A DNA stretch of 35,952 bases, taken from assembly GCA_041175765.1 (NCBI GenBank), contig JBEDEI010000085.1, positions 1 through 35,952 on the forward strand, read 5' to 3'. The position numbers and the translations under genes were made by a program. Origin of the DNA: Actinomycetota bacterium (GTDB taxonomy: Bacteria; Actinomycetota; Acidimicrobiia; Acidimicrobiales; Ilumatobacteraceae). This document shows positions 1-9,347 of the stretch, one piece after another (within the stretch, counting starts at the first letter, position 1; every line of letters begins with the position of its first letter). A model generated the notes under the pieces. That model had not been told where the DNA came from and searched no databases. It saw only the letters and a list, made by a program, of their open reading frames with translations.

Positions 1-1998
1 GGCCAGCGAGGCGGCACCTATCAGGAGCGTTACGAGCGGAATTACTTTGACGAAAAGCTCGTCCAGATGCTCAACGGGCTGGATATCGGTGATGCCGCAC
101 TGGTGTTCGGGCGAATTGACCGCACCCCTGATACCGGGGTCGACCCGGAAGCGTTTCATATCGGGCGCCTTGCGGTGGCCGATGTTGACAGCAATCAATT
201 GATCGTCGACTGGCGCGCCCCGGTTGCTGAGCCGTTTTATCGTGCTACCGGTCGTGACACCATGCAGTTGCTGCGCCGACGCCACTTCATGATGGACGGT
301 CGTCAGTTGGTGGCGATAGAAGACGAACTCTTCGGCGCCAATCACTTGGGGATAGGGCGTGATGAGGGGTTGGGTGCTCCGCAGTTGCGCGGACAAAGCA
401 CACTGCTTGCGGCAATCAGCAAGGGTCGCAGCGGGCAACTCGGTGACATCGTCGCCACCATTCAGGCTGAACAAGACGTCATCATTCGCGCACCAAACAA
501 AGGCGTGCTGGTGGTACAGGGTGGCCCCGGAACCGGCAAGACGGTCGTGGCACTACACCGTGCTGCGTATTTGTTGTACACCTACCGCTTTCCACTTGCG
601 GATCAAGGTGTGCTCGTGATCGGCCCCAACCGGGTGTTCTTGCGTTACATCGAACGCGTATTGCCATCACTCGGCGAATCGGGTGTACGCGAAGCAGTAC
701 TCGGCGATCTGGTGAGTGATGTTCGTTATGGTGCGGTTGATTCGCCACTTGCTCGCCGGGTGAAGGGCGACCTGCGCATGGTGGACGTGTTGCAGCGCGC
801 CGTTCGCGCCCGCCAGCGAGCCTTGAAGGAACCATTTGAGTTGCCGTTTGGCAGCGGTTTCCTGCGACTGCAGCCCAGCGACACCGCGCGTGTGGTGAAA
901 GAAGCACAACGGCGCACTCGTCGCCACAACGAACTCTGTCGCGCAGTGGAGGGCGAGTTGGTATCGATGCTCATGTCGATGATGCGTGACCAGGAGTACA
1001 CGCTGGCCACGGCACGCGAACGACTGCGCGAAATACCCGAGTTTCGCACCCTGGTGTTTCGGGTTTGGCCTTCACTTTCGGCTGCGGAACTGTTGCACGA
1101 TCTTTTTGGTTCACGAGCGCTGCTCAAGTCGGCGGGTGCCGGGATCTTGTCGGAAGCAGAAGTTGAGTCGCTGTATCGACCTCGCAGCGAAACGCTGCAA
1201 GATGCAGTTTTCAGTGATGCAGATGTCGCATTGTTGGACGAGGCTCGCCACCTACTCGGGCCCAAGCCACGCAAGGGCGGTGTGGTGGACGAGTCGGACG
1301 AAATTGAAACGTACGGACACATCGTGGTGGACGAAGTGCAAGACCTCACGCCACTGCAATTGCGAATGGTTGGTCGCCGATCGCTCAACGGTGCAATGAC
1401 GGTGGTTGGTGACATCGCACAAGCCACCGGGCCGTTCGCACCCGGAGACTGGAGCGATGTACTGGCACTCTTGCCAAAAAATCGGGATGCAACGGTTGCC
1501 GAGTTGTCGGTTGGATACCGCATCCCGCGTCAGATCATGGAGTTTGCAGGTCGTTTGCTTCCCACCGCAGCGCCGACGCAAAAGCCACCCACTGCGGTGC
1601 GCGAGGGTGACGCCGAACCGCGCATCGTTGGCACCACGAGTAGCACACTGATGCAAACGGTGGCAGCAGAAGCGGCAGCTCTGGTCGCCGAGTTGTCGAA
1701 TGGGCGAGTGGGCATCGTGTGTCCCGAGCCGCTCGTCGACGCAGTTACCGCAGCACTTGATGCAGCGCAGGTGAAGTACGGCCGCGCCGGCGCGTCGGGG
1801 CTGGAGGCGATGCTCACCGTGGTGCCCGTCGGTGTGGTGAAAGGTTTGGAGATGGACGGCGTACTCGTGGTGGAACCCACCGATATTTACGAAATGTCGG
1901 ATGCAGGCCCGCGTGGTTTGTACGTGGCGCTCACGCGTTCGACGCAGCGCTTGGTCGTGGTGCACTCGCGGGAATTGCCCGCCGAGTTGCGCGACTAA
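1..1998 (+). CDS. helD: HelD-like superfamily-1 (UvrD/Rep-type) helicase, RNA-polymerase-associated type; 5' end probably outside the window
   Basis: Frame 1 is open from nt 1, with no stop before the ATG at 67. N-terminal signature IVDWRAPVAEPFYRAT. Walker A GGPGTGKT. Motif II HIVVDEVQDLTP. C-terminal LYVALTRSTQRLVVVH. Confidence 0.8.
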   Translation, partial: GQRGGTYQERYERNYFDEKLVQMLNGLDIGDAALVFGRIDRTPDTGVDPEAFHIGRLAVADVDSNQLIVDWRAPVAEPFYRATGRDTMQLLRRRHFMMDGRQLVAIEDELFGANHLGIGRDEGLGAPQLRGQSTLLAAISKGRSGQLGDIVATIQAEQDVIIRAPNKGVLVVQGGPGTGKTVVALHRAAYLLYTYRFPLADQGVLVIGPNRVFLRYIERVLPSLGESGVREAVLGDLVSDVRYGAVDSPLARRVKGDLRMVDVLQRAVRARQRALKEPFELPFGSGFLRLQPSDTARVVKEAQRRTRRHNELCRAVEGELVSMLMSMMRDQEYTLATARERLREIPEFRTLVFRVWPSLSAAELLHDLFGSRALLKSAGAGILSEAEVESLYRPRSETLQDAVFSDADVALLDEARHLLGPKPRKGGVVDESDEIETYGHIVVDEVQDLTPLQLRMVGRRSLNGAMTVVGDIAQATGPFAPGDWSDVLALLPKNRDATVAELSVGYRIPRQIMEFAGRLLPTAAPTQKPPTAVREGDAEPRIVGTTSSTLMQTVAAEAAALVAELSNGRVGIVCPEPLVDAVTAALDAAQVKYGRAGASGLEAMLTVVPVGVVKGLEMDGVLVVEPTDIYEMSDAGPRGLYVALTRSTQRLVVVHSRELPAELRD

Positions 1999-2001
1999 TC
2001 G

Positions 2002-2448
2002 TTACGACGAAACTTCGAGCGAAGCCAAGGCAAGACGCAGGAAAAGTTTTGCCTTGTCGGCGTCGGCAGGACGGTTGCGCTCCACCGCACTGCGTGCCAA
2101 TTCGATGACACGCCGTAAGTCATACGTAAGTTGATCAGCCAACTCGCCAAACTGAGCCACGATGAGTGGCTCCATGAGTTGCCATGCTCTGTTCACGCGA
2201 TCCACATGGATACGTGCCAAATCCCGATCGTTGTCGAAAGTCGCCGCACCCAGTGCGGCCACTTCATCCCGGAGAATGACCTTGAGTTCATCAAGCGTTG
2301 CGTCGTCGGCAATGACAACGTCACTTTGCGTGGCTGCGTTGGTGGTGGCTGGGGTATCCAGTTCGATGACTTCGGTGGCACAGCCCGCAGTTGCAACGAT
2401 GATGGTCGTGACCACAATTGCGATGTGACCTCGGCGCAACAAACTCAT
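2002..2448 (-). CDS. Hypothetical secreted lipoprotein, mostly helical, no recognisable domain
   Basis: N-terminal signal-like segment MSLLRRGHIAIVVTTIIVATAGC with a lipobox-like TAGC. Starts 6 nt downstream of the DtxR-family gene on the same strand, so likely co-transcribed. Confidence 0.5.
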   Translation of the reverse strand: MSLLRRGHIAIVVTTIIVATAGCATEVIELDTPATTNAATQSDVVIADDATLDELKVILRDEVAALGAATFDNDRDLARIHVDRVNRAWQLMEPLIVAQFGELADQLTYDLRRVIELARSAVERNRPADADKAKLFLRLALASLEVSS

Positions 2449-2454
2449 GTAGTG

Positions 2455-3123
2455 CTAGAGCGTGACAAGGAGGCGTTCGCTGACGAATTGATCAACCGTG
2501 GCCTTGCGGTCGACGGTGTCGTGCACGATGAGCCTGGCCACGCCTGCATGGTGATCCACCAGTGTGCACTCTTGGCCCGGAACGATGCGTTGCGACTGGA
2601 GCGTGTCGAGTGCGCCGTCGCGCTCCTCGATGTCTTCGGGGATGCGAACCACGGTGAAGCGTGTACCTGATGCCACTTTGGCCAGCGGGGTTACTGCAAT
2701 GCTCGAGGCAACGGCACCCGGAATGGGGTTGCCATGCGGACACGTGGTTGGGTTACCGAGCAGACGAACCAAGCCCGCTTCGACGTCCTCGCTAATGACG
2801 TGTTCCCACTTGCAGGCCTCGTGGTGGGCCTGTTCCCAGGGCAAACCGATCACATCGATGAGGAAGCGTTCGGCAAGGCGGTGGCGACGCACGATACGCA
2901 CGGCCAGCTCTTCGCCACTGGAGGTGAGCTGCAGGTGGGTGGAGTCGATTTTCAGGAGTTTGGCAACCTCCATTCGCTTCACCATTTCCGAGACGGAGGC
3001 ACGAGACACATCCAGTCGTTCGGCCAGACGCGCCTGAATGACTTCGGCATTATCCTCGCGCATTTCGTAGATGCACTCGCAGTACTCCTCAAACGCTGGG
3101 TGATGTTCCCCGGCGGCAGGCAT
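2455..3123 (-). CDS. DtxR/IdeR-family metal-dependent transcriptional repressor with C-terminal SH3/FeoA-like domain
   Basis: EEYCECIYEM...RLAERLDVSRASVSEMVKRME aligns with the IdeR N-terminal HTH. RRHRLAERFLIDVIGLPWEQAHHEACKWEHVISEDVE carries the conserved metal-site residues (C, E, H). GNPTTCPHGNPIPG linker is followed by an SH3-like tail. Start taken at MPAAGEHH (3123); ATG at 3177 is an alternative. The 342-aa track ORF reaching 3483 is judged an artefactual extension. Confidence 0.85.
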   Translation of the reverse strand: MPAAGEHHPAFEEYCECIYEMREDNAEVIQARLAERLDVSRASVSEMVKRMEVAKLLKIDSTHLQLTSSGEELAVRIVRRHRLAERFLIDVIGLPWEQAHHEACKWEHVISEDVEAGLVRLLGNPTTCPHGNPIPGAVASSIAVTPLAKVASGTRFTVVRIPEDIEERDGALDTLQSQRIVPGQECTLVDHHAGVARLIVHDTVDRKATVDQFVSERLLVTL

Positions 3124-6100
3124 GGGGCTCAGCGTACCTATCGGCACACCGAGTAGGTACTCTTCGGCGGTGGCCATAGACACAGATTCCGTGCCATCCA
3201 GTGCGGTGGTCGAGCAATTCTCACCCGCCGTACGGGCGTGGTTTGCGGCATCGTTTCCGTCGGCGACGCCGGCACAAGCAGCGGGGTTCGTGCACATTCT
3301 TGGTGGTGCACACACACTGATTGCTGCACCGACGGGTAGCGGCAAAACGCTCGCTGCATTTTTGGTGGCAATCGATCGACTAGTTACTCGCCCCGTTGAT
3401 GAACCTTCGGCCACCCGAGTGCTGTACATCTCGCCACTTCGTGCACTGGCCTTCGACGTCGAAAAAAACCTCCGCGCACCCATCGTGGGTATTCGTCATG
3501 CTGCCGAGCGCCTCGGCCAACCGTTTCGTGAACCCCAAGTGGCGATGCGCACGGGCGATACCAGTGCCCGTGATCGACAACGCATGTTGCGCAACCCGCC
3601 CGATGTGCTCATCACCACCCCCGAAAGCCTCTATCTCATGCTCACATCCTCCGCGCGATCAACGCTGGCGCACATCGACACTGTGATCATCGACGAAATA
3701 CATGCGGTTGCTGCCACGAAGCGTGGCGCACATCTGGCACTTTCACTCGAGCGACTCGAAGAGTTGACCGAGCGCGCACCACAGCGAATCGGCTTGTCGG
3801 CCACCCAACGACCGTTGGAAGAAGTGGCGCGCTTTCTCGGTGGTTATCGCGACGGGGCACCACGGGAAGTATCGATTGTGGATGCAGGTGCGCGCAAACC
3901 GATGGAAATCGAAGTGGTGGTACCAATCGAAGACATGGGTTCACTCGGCAAAGTAACGCATGAGTTGCGAAGTGGTCCTGCGACGGCAGCGGCGGTGGAG
4001 CGGCGCACCAGTATCTGGCCAAGTATCACTCCCCGCATTCTCGAACTGGTGCAGCAGCATCGCAGCACCATCATCTTCTGCAATGCCCGGCGTGGCGCAG
4101 AGCGTCTGGCCGCACAACTCAACGAGTTGGCCGTAGACCTCGGAATTGGTGACGGTGACTTCGTCAAAGCACATCATGGTTCACTCGCCCGAGAACAGCG
4201 CATCGTGATCGAAGACCAACTGAAGCAGGGACAACTGCGCGCCATCGTCGCGACGAGCAGTTTGGAACTGGGCATCGACATGGGGGCAGTCGACTTGGTG
4301 ATTCAAGTGGAGTCACCGGGCGCGGTGAGTCGTGGGTTGCAGCGGGTCGGTCGGGCGGGCCACTCGGTTGGCGAGGCAAGCAAAGGAAAGATGTTCCCCA
4401 AGCATCGACATGACTTGTTGGAAGTTGCCGTGGTTGCACGGCGCATGATTGATGCAGAGATCGAATCCACCCGTTACCTGCGAAATCCGCTGGATGTTCT
4501 GGCGCAACACATCGTGGCGCACGTAGCGATGCACCCGGACTGCAGCGTTGCCTCGCTCACGGCGATGATCCGTCGCTGTGCAAATTTTGCAGAACTCTCC
4601 GACGACATGCGCAACAATGTGCTCGATCTTCTGGCAGGCCGTTATCCGAGCGAAGAGTTTCGTGACCTGCGACCACGCATCGTGTGGGATCGCATTGCCG
4701 ACACGTTGCGCGCCCGCGATGGGGCACAACGACTTGCCGTAACGAACGGCGGCACGATTCCTGATCGCGGCATGTTCGGGGTATTCCTGCCGGATGGAAC
4801 ACGCGTCGGCGAGCTCGACGAAGAGATGGTGTACGAAACCCGCCCCGGTGAAACGTTCGTTCTTGGTGCTTCTACCTGGCGGATCGAAGACGTGTCGTTC
4901 GATCGGGTCATCGTAAACCCGGCACCTGGCGAGCCGGGCAAGATGCCGTTCTGGCACGGGGATCGGCTGGGGCGCCCATTGGAACTTGGTCTTGCCATTG
5001 GTGAATTCCTGCGCACCATTCGCGACGAGCAGGTAACTCGGCCCGAGCAAGCCGAGCACATCCTGGTGGAACGTCACTGCCTGGACACGTTGGCAGCCCG
5101 CAACTTGTTGACCTACGTCGGCGAACAGGTCGAAGCGACGGGTACTTTGCCCGATGATCGCACCATCGTGGTGGAACGATTCCGCGACGAGATCGGCGAT
5201 TGGCGCATCTGTATTCATTCGCCATTCGGCACACCAGTACATGCGCCCTGGGCAATCGCATTGGAACAACGATTGCTCGAACGGTTGGGTATCCCCATCG
5301 AAACGATGTGGGGAGATGATGGCATCGTGCTACGGCTTCCCGAAGCAGTGGATCGTGTACCAATCGAAGAATTGTTGATTGATCCCGACGAAATCACCGA
5401 TGCACTCGTTGCGGCAGTTCCACAGACGTCGCTGTTTGCGGCGCGTTTTCGCGAATGTGCGGCGCGTGCACTGCTCTTGCCGCGTCGGCGCCCCGATCAG
5501 CGCACACCGTTGTGGCAACAGCGCCAGCGAGCCGCCGATCTACTTGCCGTTGCCGCCAAGTACCCAACGTTTCCCATCTTGCTGGAGACAAGTCGCGAGT
5601 GTCTGCAAGACGTCTTTGATGTGCCGGCCTTGCGTGATGTGCTGTCGCGGTTGCGCTCTCGGTCCATCCGCATCGTCAGCGTGGACACACCAAAGGCGTC
5701 ACCATTTGCCCAAAGCCTGCTCTTCAACTGGATCGCGGCATACATGTACGAAGGCGATGCACCGCTGGCCGAGCGACGGGCGGCTGCGCTGGCGCTCGAT
5801 CGTGATTTGCTCAACGACCTGCTTGGCTCAGAAGAGCTACGCGAATTGCTCGACGGTGAGGTACTGGCCGACATCGAGTTGGAGCTGCAGCACATCACCC
5901 ACGATCGCCAAGCCAGAAGTGGCGACGAGGTGCACGATGTGTTGCGCCGAGTGGGCGACCTCAGTTTCGATGAGTTATCGCTGCGATGCCAGATGGATGT
6001 GACACCACATCTTGCCGAGCTCGTTGCACAGCGGCGCGTCATCGAGTTGGTGGTGGGCGGCGAACGACGTATGGTCGCCGCAGAGGATGCCGCCAGGTAT

Positions 6101-7726
6101 CGCGATGCACTTGGCTGTGCATTGCCTCTCGGATTGCCCAAGGCATTTACCGATCCAGTCGATGCACCCCTCGTGGAATTGGTGGCCCGCTACGCGCGAA
6201 CGCATGCGCCATTCGTTACTCGCGACGTGGCGCAACGATTTGGTGTGACCGTGGAGCGAGCCGCGGTGGCACTCTCCCAACTCGAGGCTGCTCATCGTTT
6301 GGTGCGTGGAGAGTTCCGGCCTTTTGGCACCGAGCGCGAGTGGTGCGATACCGAAGTTCTGCGGTTGGTGCGGCGACGTTCATTGGCAAAACTGCGCAAA
6401 GAAGTTGAACCCGTTGATCAGTCGACCTTCACTCGTTTCCTCACGGAGTGGCATGGCGTCGCGGCGCCTACTCATGGTGCTGATGCACTGATAGAAACCC
6501 TCACCGCACTTTCGGGTGCCGCACTCGTGGCATCCACCTTGGAAACCGACATCTTGCCCTTGCGAGTGCGCGGTTATCGCTCCACCATGCTCGACGACTT
6601 GTGCACGAGTGGCGAAGTCGTGTGGGTTGGTGCGGGGGCACTTGGTGGTAACGACGGACGCATTCGTCTCTTTTTTGCCGATCAACTTGCTTCGTTCTTG
6701 CCTGCATTGGAAAGTCTCGACCCACCAACTGGTGCAGTCCACGACCAGATTCGCGCCGCGCTTGCTGCCCGTGGCGCCAGTTTTTGGGGGCAGTTGCGCA
6801 CTGCAGTGCCTGGTGCAACCGACGGCGAGTTGTTGTCGGCTCTCTGGGACCTCGTATGGGCGGGCGAAGTCACGAACGACTCACTCACTGCGTTGCGTGC
6901 CGTGTTGCATGGTGCCCACAGCGGCAAGAGCGCGCGAGCGCTTCCCGCCAGCGGCTCAGCACGTCGGGCTGCAGCGCGGTTGGTGCGCCCGCGCCACGTG
7001 CGTGGCGCAAGTGCGGCACGCGTGGGGCCACCAGCAGCACAAGGCCGTTGGAGTTTGGTCTCACAATTGATGGACCAACCAGCCGGCGCCACACAGGCTT
7101 TGCATGCACTCGCGATGCAGTTGCTCGAACGACACGGCGTGCTCACTCGCGAAGCGGTACTTGCCGAACATGTGCGTGGTGGTTTTGCGGGTGTCTACGG
7201 GGTGCTGAAGGCCCTCGAAGAGCGTGGCTCGGTACGTCGCGGATACTTCGTCGATGGTTTGGGCGCCGCCCAATTTGCCGTGCCCGGGGCAGTGGATCGT
7301 CTTCGTGCATGCAAGGACACGCAGTTGACGCCAGACGAAGAGCAATCGCTCGCTGTGGTGGTGCTTGCCGCCACCGACCCTGCTCAGCCATACGGCGCCT
7401 CACTCGATTGGCCACCAACATCGGGTCGCCCGTCACGAAGTGCGGGTGCACTCACACTGTTGCGTCATGGTCAGCCGCTGGCATGGTACGACGTGCGCAG
7501 CCATCACCTGGTGACATTTGCGTCATCACTCGAACCGCAACAGTGTGCGGCAATGGTCGAGGCGCTATCCAGTCTGGTGAAGGATGGTCGCGCCAAGAAC
7601 ATCGAGGTGCGCAAAATCAATGGCCTTGCCATCGACGACACTTCGATCGACATGGTGAATGCAATCGCAGTGCTCGAACAGCACCGCTTTGTGCGTGGCT
7701 ATCGCGGGCTTGTGTTGCGCGATTGA
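3122..7726 (+). CDS. lhr: Lhr, large ATP-dependent superfamily-2 DNA helicase (Lhr core plus long C-terminal extension)
   Basis: About 1500-aa ORF. N-terminus FSPAVRAWFAASFPSATPAQA...APTGSGKTLAAF (motif I). IIDEIHAV (motif II). GLSATQ (motif III). HHGSLAREQR and VATSSLELGIDMG motifs. Start is uncertain: ATG 3122 or in-frame GTG at 3170, 3194 or 3209. The later ones match the length of known Lhr N-termini better. Confidence 0.95.
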   Translation: MGLSVPIGTPSRYSSAVAIDTDSVPSSAVVEQFSPAVRAWFAASFPSATPAQAAGFVHILGGAHTLIAAPTGSGKTLAAFLVAIDRLVTRPVDEPSATRVLYISPLRALAFDVEKNLRAPIVGIRHAAERLGQPFREPQVAMRTGDTSARDRQRMLRNPPDVLITTPESLYLMLTSSARSTLAHIDTVIIDEIHAVAATKRGAHLALSLERLEELTERAPQRIGLSATQRPLEEVARFLGGYRDGAPREVSIVDAGARKPMEIEVVVPIEDMGSLGKVTHELRSGPATAAAVERRTSIWPSITPRILELVQQHRSTIIFCNARRGAERLAAQLNELAVDLGIGDGDFVKAHHGSLAREQRIVIEDQLKQGQLRAIVATSSLELGIDMGAVDLVIQVESPGAVSRGLQRVGRAGHSVGEASKGKMFPKHRHDLLEVAVVARRMIDAEIESTRYLRNPLDVLAQHIVAHVAMHPDCSVASLTAMIRRCANFAELSDDMRNNVLDLLAGRYPSEEFRDLRPRIVWDRIADTLRARDGAQRLAVTNGGTIPDRGMFGVFLPDGTRVGELDEEMVYETRPGETFVLGASTWRIEDVSFDRVIVNPAPGEPGKMPFWHGDRLGRPLELGLAIGEFLRTIRDEQVTRPEQAEHILVERHCLDTLAARNLLTYVGEQVEATGTLPDDRTIVVERFRDEIGDWRICIHSPFGTPVHAPWAIALEQRLLERLGIPIETMWGDDGIVLRLPEAVDRVPIEELLIDPDEITDALVAAVPQTSLFAARFRECAARALLLPRRRPDQRTPLWQQRQRAADLLAVAAKYPTFPILLETSRECLQDVFDVPALRDVLSRLRSRSIRIVSVDTPKASPFAQSLLFNWIAAYMYEGDAPLAERRAAALALDRDLLNDLLGSEELRELLDGEVLADIELELQHITHDRQARSGDEVHDVLRRVGDLSFDELSLRCQMDVTPHLAELVAQRRVIELVVGGERRMVAAEDAARYRDALGCALPLGLPKAFTDPVDAPLVELVARYARTHAPFVTRDVAQRFGVTVERAAVALSQLEAAHRLVRGEFRPFGTEREWCDTEVLRLVRRRSLAKLRKEVEPVDQSTFTRFLTEWHGVAAPTHGADALIETLTALSGAALVASTLETDILPLRVRGYRSTMLDDLCTSGEVVWVGAGALGGNDGRIRLFFADQLASFLPALESLDPPTGAVHDQIRAALAARGASFWGQLRTAVPGATDGELLSALWDLVWAGEVTNDSLTALRAVLHGAHSGKSARALPASGSARRAAARLVRPRHVRGASAARVGPPAAQGRWSLVSQLMDQPAGATQALHALAMQLLERHGVLTREAVLAEHVRGGFAGVYGVLKALEERGSVRRGYFVDGLGAAQFAVPGAVDRLRACKDTQLTPDEEQSLAVVVLAATDPAQPYGASLDWPPTSGRPSRSAGALTLLRHGQPLAWYDVRSHHLVTFASSLEPQQCAAMVEALSSLVKDGRAKNIEVRKINGLAIDDTSIDMVNAIAVLEQHRFVRGYRGLVLRD
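3134..3160. promoter_or_regulatory. Inverted repeat GTACCTA-N13-TAGGTAC in the dtxR/lhr head-to-head region; candidate operator or 5' RNA hairpin
   Basis: Perfect 7-bp arms at 3134-3140 and 3154-3160. It lies between the preferred dtxR start (3123) and the downstream candidate lhr starts. Confidence 0.25.
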
Positions 7727-8304
7727 GGTGCGATGCCACGCAGACCTGCCCAAGCGAAGTTGGCCAATTGCGCTCCGACAATCGCCGGATCAAACGCTTC
7801 ACCCTGAGTGATGAGATAGCGGCTCACGCCTTCTGACATGCCCACGAGGGCGTAGGCCAGGCGTCGCTGATGTTCGCGATCCAGGCCGGCATCGATGAGG
7901 GGTGCGATGGCATCGGCGATCAGGCGCTCCACATTGCGAACAGCCTGAGAAAACTCCTCGTCGCGTCGCGCACCGCTACCAAAGAGCAGCACGAACGCTT
8001 CACGATTTGCCGCCATCCACGCAAAGTATGCGATGATGCCATTTTCTGTTTGTGCGCGACCATCTTGTGCATTCGTCGTTGCCTTACCGATTGCCTCCAA
8101 CATTTCTGCTGCAACATCGTCAATGAGTGCCAGGTAGAGGGCTCGCTTTGATGCGAAGTGTTGATACAGCACCGGCTTGGTGACACCGCCTCGTTCGGCG
8201 ATGTGATTCATCGACGTGGCGTGGTAACCCTTGGAAGAGAACTCGTGGAGTGCAGCAGTGAGTATCAGCGTGCGTCGCTCGGCTGCCGGCAGTCGCAAAC
8301 TCAT
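7699..8304 (-). CDS. TetR/AcrR-family transcriptional regulator
   Basis: N-terminal HTH LTAALHEFSSKGYHATSMNHIAERGGVTKPVLYQHFASKRALY. About 200 aa. ATGA overlap with the upstream membrane-protein gene. The 3' end overlaps the lhr 3' end by 28 nt (convergent). Confidence 0.85.
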   Translation of the reverse strand: MSLRLPAAERRTLILTAALHEFSSKGYHATSMNHIAERGGVTKPVLYQHFASKRALYLALIDDVAAEMLEAIGKATTNAQDGRAQTENGIIAYFAWMAANREAFVLLFGSGARRDEEFSQAVRNVERLIADAIAPLIDAGLDREHQRRLAYALVGMSEGVSRYLITQGEAFDPAIVGAQLANFAWAGLRGIAPQSRNTSPR

Positions 8305-8615
8305 GGAGCGGGTTTGACTGGGGCAGTTGGTTGTGACGAAGCAGCATCATCGCGTCGGGCTGCGCGGATGCCATAGGTGATCACGATGCTCGGTGCCAAG
8401 ATGACGGATCCGATGATGAGTGTCGCACCACTGATGAAGTGCAGGGGACCGGTGAGCGAGGTCCACAGTCCACCAAAGAATGACAACACCGAAAGCGCGT
8501 ACATTCCGTAACCCGTGCGTGAGGCAATCTTGTTGAGTCGGTCGATGCGGTTGCGCCGCATGACCACGGGATCAGTGGAGTTTGGCGTCACAGTTGATGT
8601 GTTTTCGGAGTTCAT
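8301..8615 (-). CDS. Small hypothetical membrane protein (two predicted TM helices)
   Basis: 104-aa ORF with hydrophobic stretches YGMYALSVLSFFGGLW and ISGATLIIGSVILAPSIVITYGI. Its stop overlaps the TetR start (ATGA at 8301-8304). No recognisable family. Confidence 0.5.
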   Translation of the reverse strand: MNSENTSTVTPNSTDPVVMRRNRIDRLNKIASRTGYGMYALSVLSFFGGLWTSLTGPLHFISGATLIIGSVILAPSIVITYGIRAARRDDAASSQPTAPVKPAP

Positions 8616-8660
8616 CGGACCATCGTCAATCTAGGCTGAGGAGCAAGTGAGCGAACATCT

Positions 8661-9347
8661 GTGACGTCGTTTGTGGCTAGTGGCACGGCAATCAGTTTGT
8701 CGGGTGCCGTCGTTGCACTTCGTGGTTTTCCAGCATTGGCTGGCGTCGACATGACGATTGCTTGCGGTGAACTGGTGGCGCTTCGCGGTGGCAACGGCAC
8801 GGGTAAATCCACCTTGCTGCGCTTGTGTGCCGGGCTTGTACCACTGACTCGCGGACAGGCAACGGTGTTGGATGTGGAGTTGGGCAAAGAGCGTGCCCAC
8901 GTGCGCCATCTGGTCGGATTGATGGGACACCGCAACGGCCTGTACGCCGACCTCACGGCGCGCGAGAACGTGCAGTTCGTCGCCAATCTTGTCGGCGCCA
9001 CACATGCCGATGTGGATGCCGCACTGCAAAGATTGGGAATCGATGCACGGGTTGCTGCAACACGGGTTGCAGCGCTGTCTGCTGGTCAGCGTCGACGCAC
9101 TGCGCTGGCGATACTCGTGGTGCGGCGTGCACAACTTTGGTTGCTCGACGAGCCTCACGCTGGTCTTGACGCAGTTGCTCGCGAAGAATTGGATGTCATT
9201 TTGCGTGACGCCACTCGCAGTGGAGCAACCGTTGTGTACGCGACGCACGAGGTGGATCGCCCAGGTTTGGCGACGCCGCGCACCATCACGCTGCAGGGCG
9301 GTCGCGTCGTGAGCGATGAGCAATCGTTGGGTCGGGGTACGCGATGA
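8661..9347 (+). CDS. ccmA: CcmA, heme-exporter ABC ATP-binding subunit (System I cytochrome c maturation)
   Basis: GTG start. Walker A GGNGTGKST. ABC signature LSAGQRRR. Walker B LWLLDEPHAGLD. Short (about 228 aa) as is typical of CcmA. First gene of the ccm operon. Confidence 0.85.
   Translation: MTSFVASGTAISLSGAVVALRGFPALAGVDMTIACGELVALRGGNGTGKSTLLRLCAGLVPLTRGQATVLDVELGKERAHVRHLVGLMGHRNGLYADLTARENVQFVANLVGATHADVDAALQRLGIDARVAATRVAALSAGQRRRTALAILVVRRAQLWLLDEPHAGLDAVAREELDVILRDATRSGATVVYATHEVDRPGLATPRTITLQGGRVVSDEQSLGRGTR

Noticed and set aside
3124-3483. N-terminal 120 codons of the 342-aa track ORF for the DtxR-family gene
   Set aside because: The extension runs antisense through the lhr helicase motif I region and has no similarity to DtxR/IdeR N-termini. 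Homology begins at about residue 128 of the track ORF (EEYCECIYEM).
4313-5269. 318-aa minus-strand ORF inside lhr, and similar antisense ORFs of about 190-270 aa: 726-1523, 8631-9323, 13214-13936, 17269-17853, 18428-19072, 19536-20141, 24954-25658
   Set aside because: All are fully nested antisense to genes with strong family signatures. They have skewed low-complexity composition and no motifs, and are interpreted as GC-rich shadow ORFs.
7699-7726. 28-nt convergent overlap of the lhr and tetR 3' ends, plus 4-nt convergent overlaps at 15995-15998, 22907-22910 and 34656-34659
   Set aside because: Consistent with the generally compact gene packing of this window. Nothing in the sequence indicates antisense regulation, so it is noted only as a genome-compaction feature.
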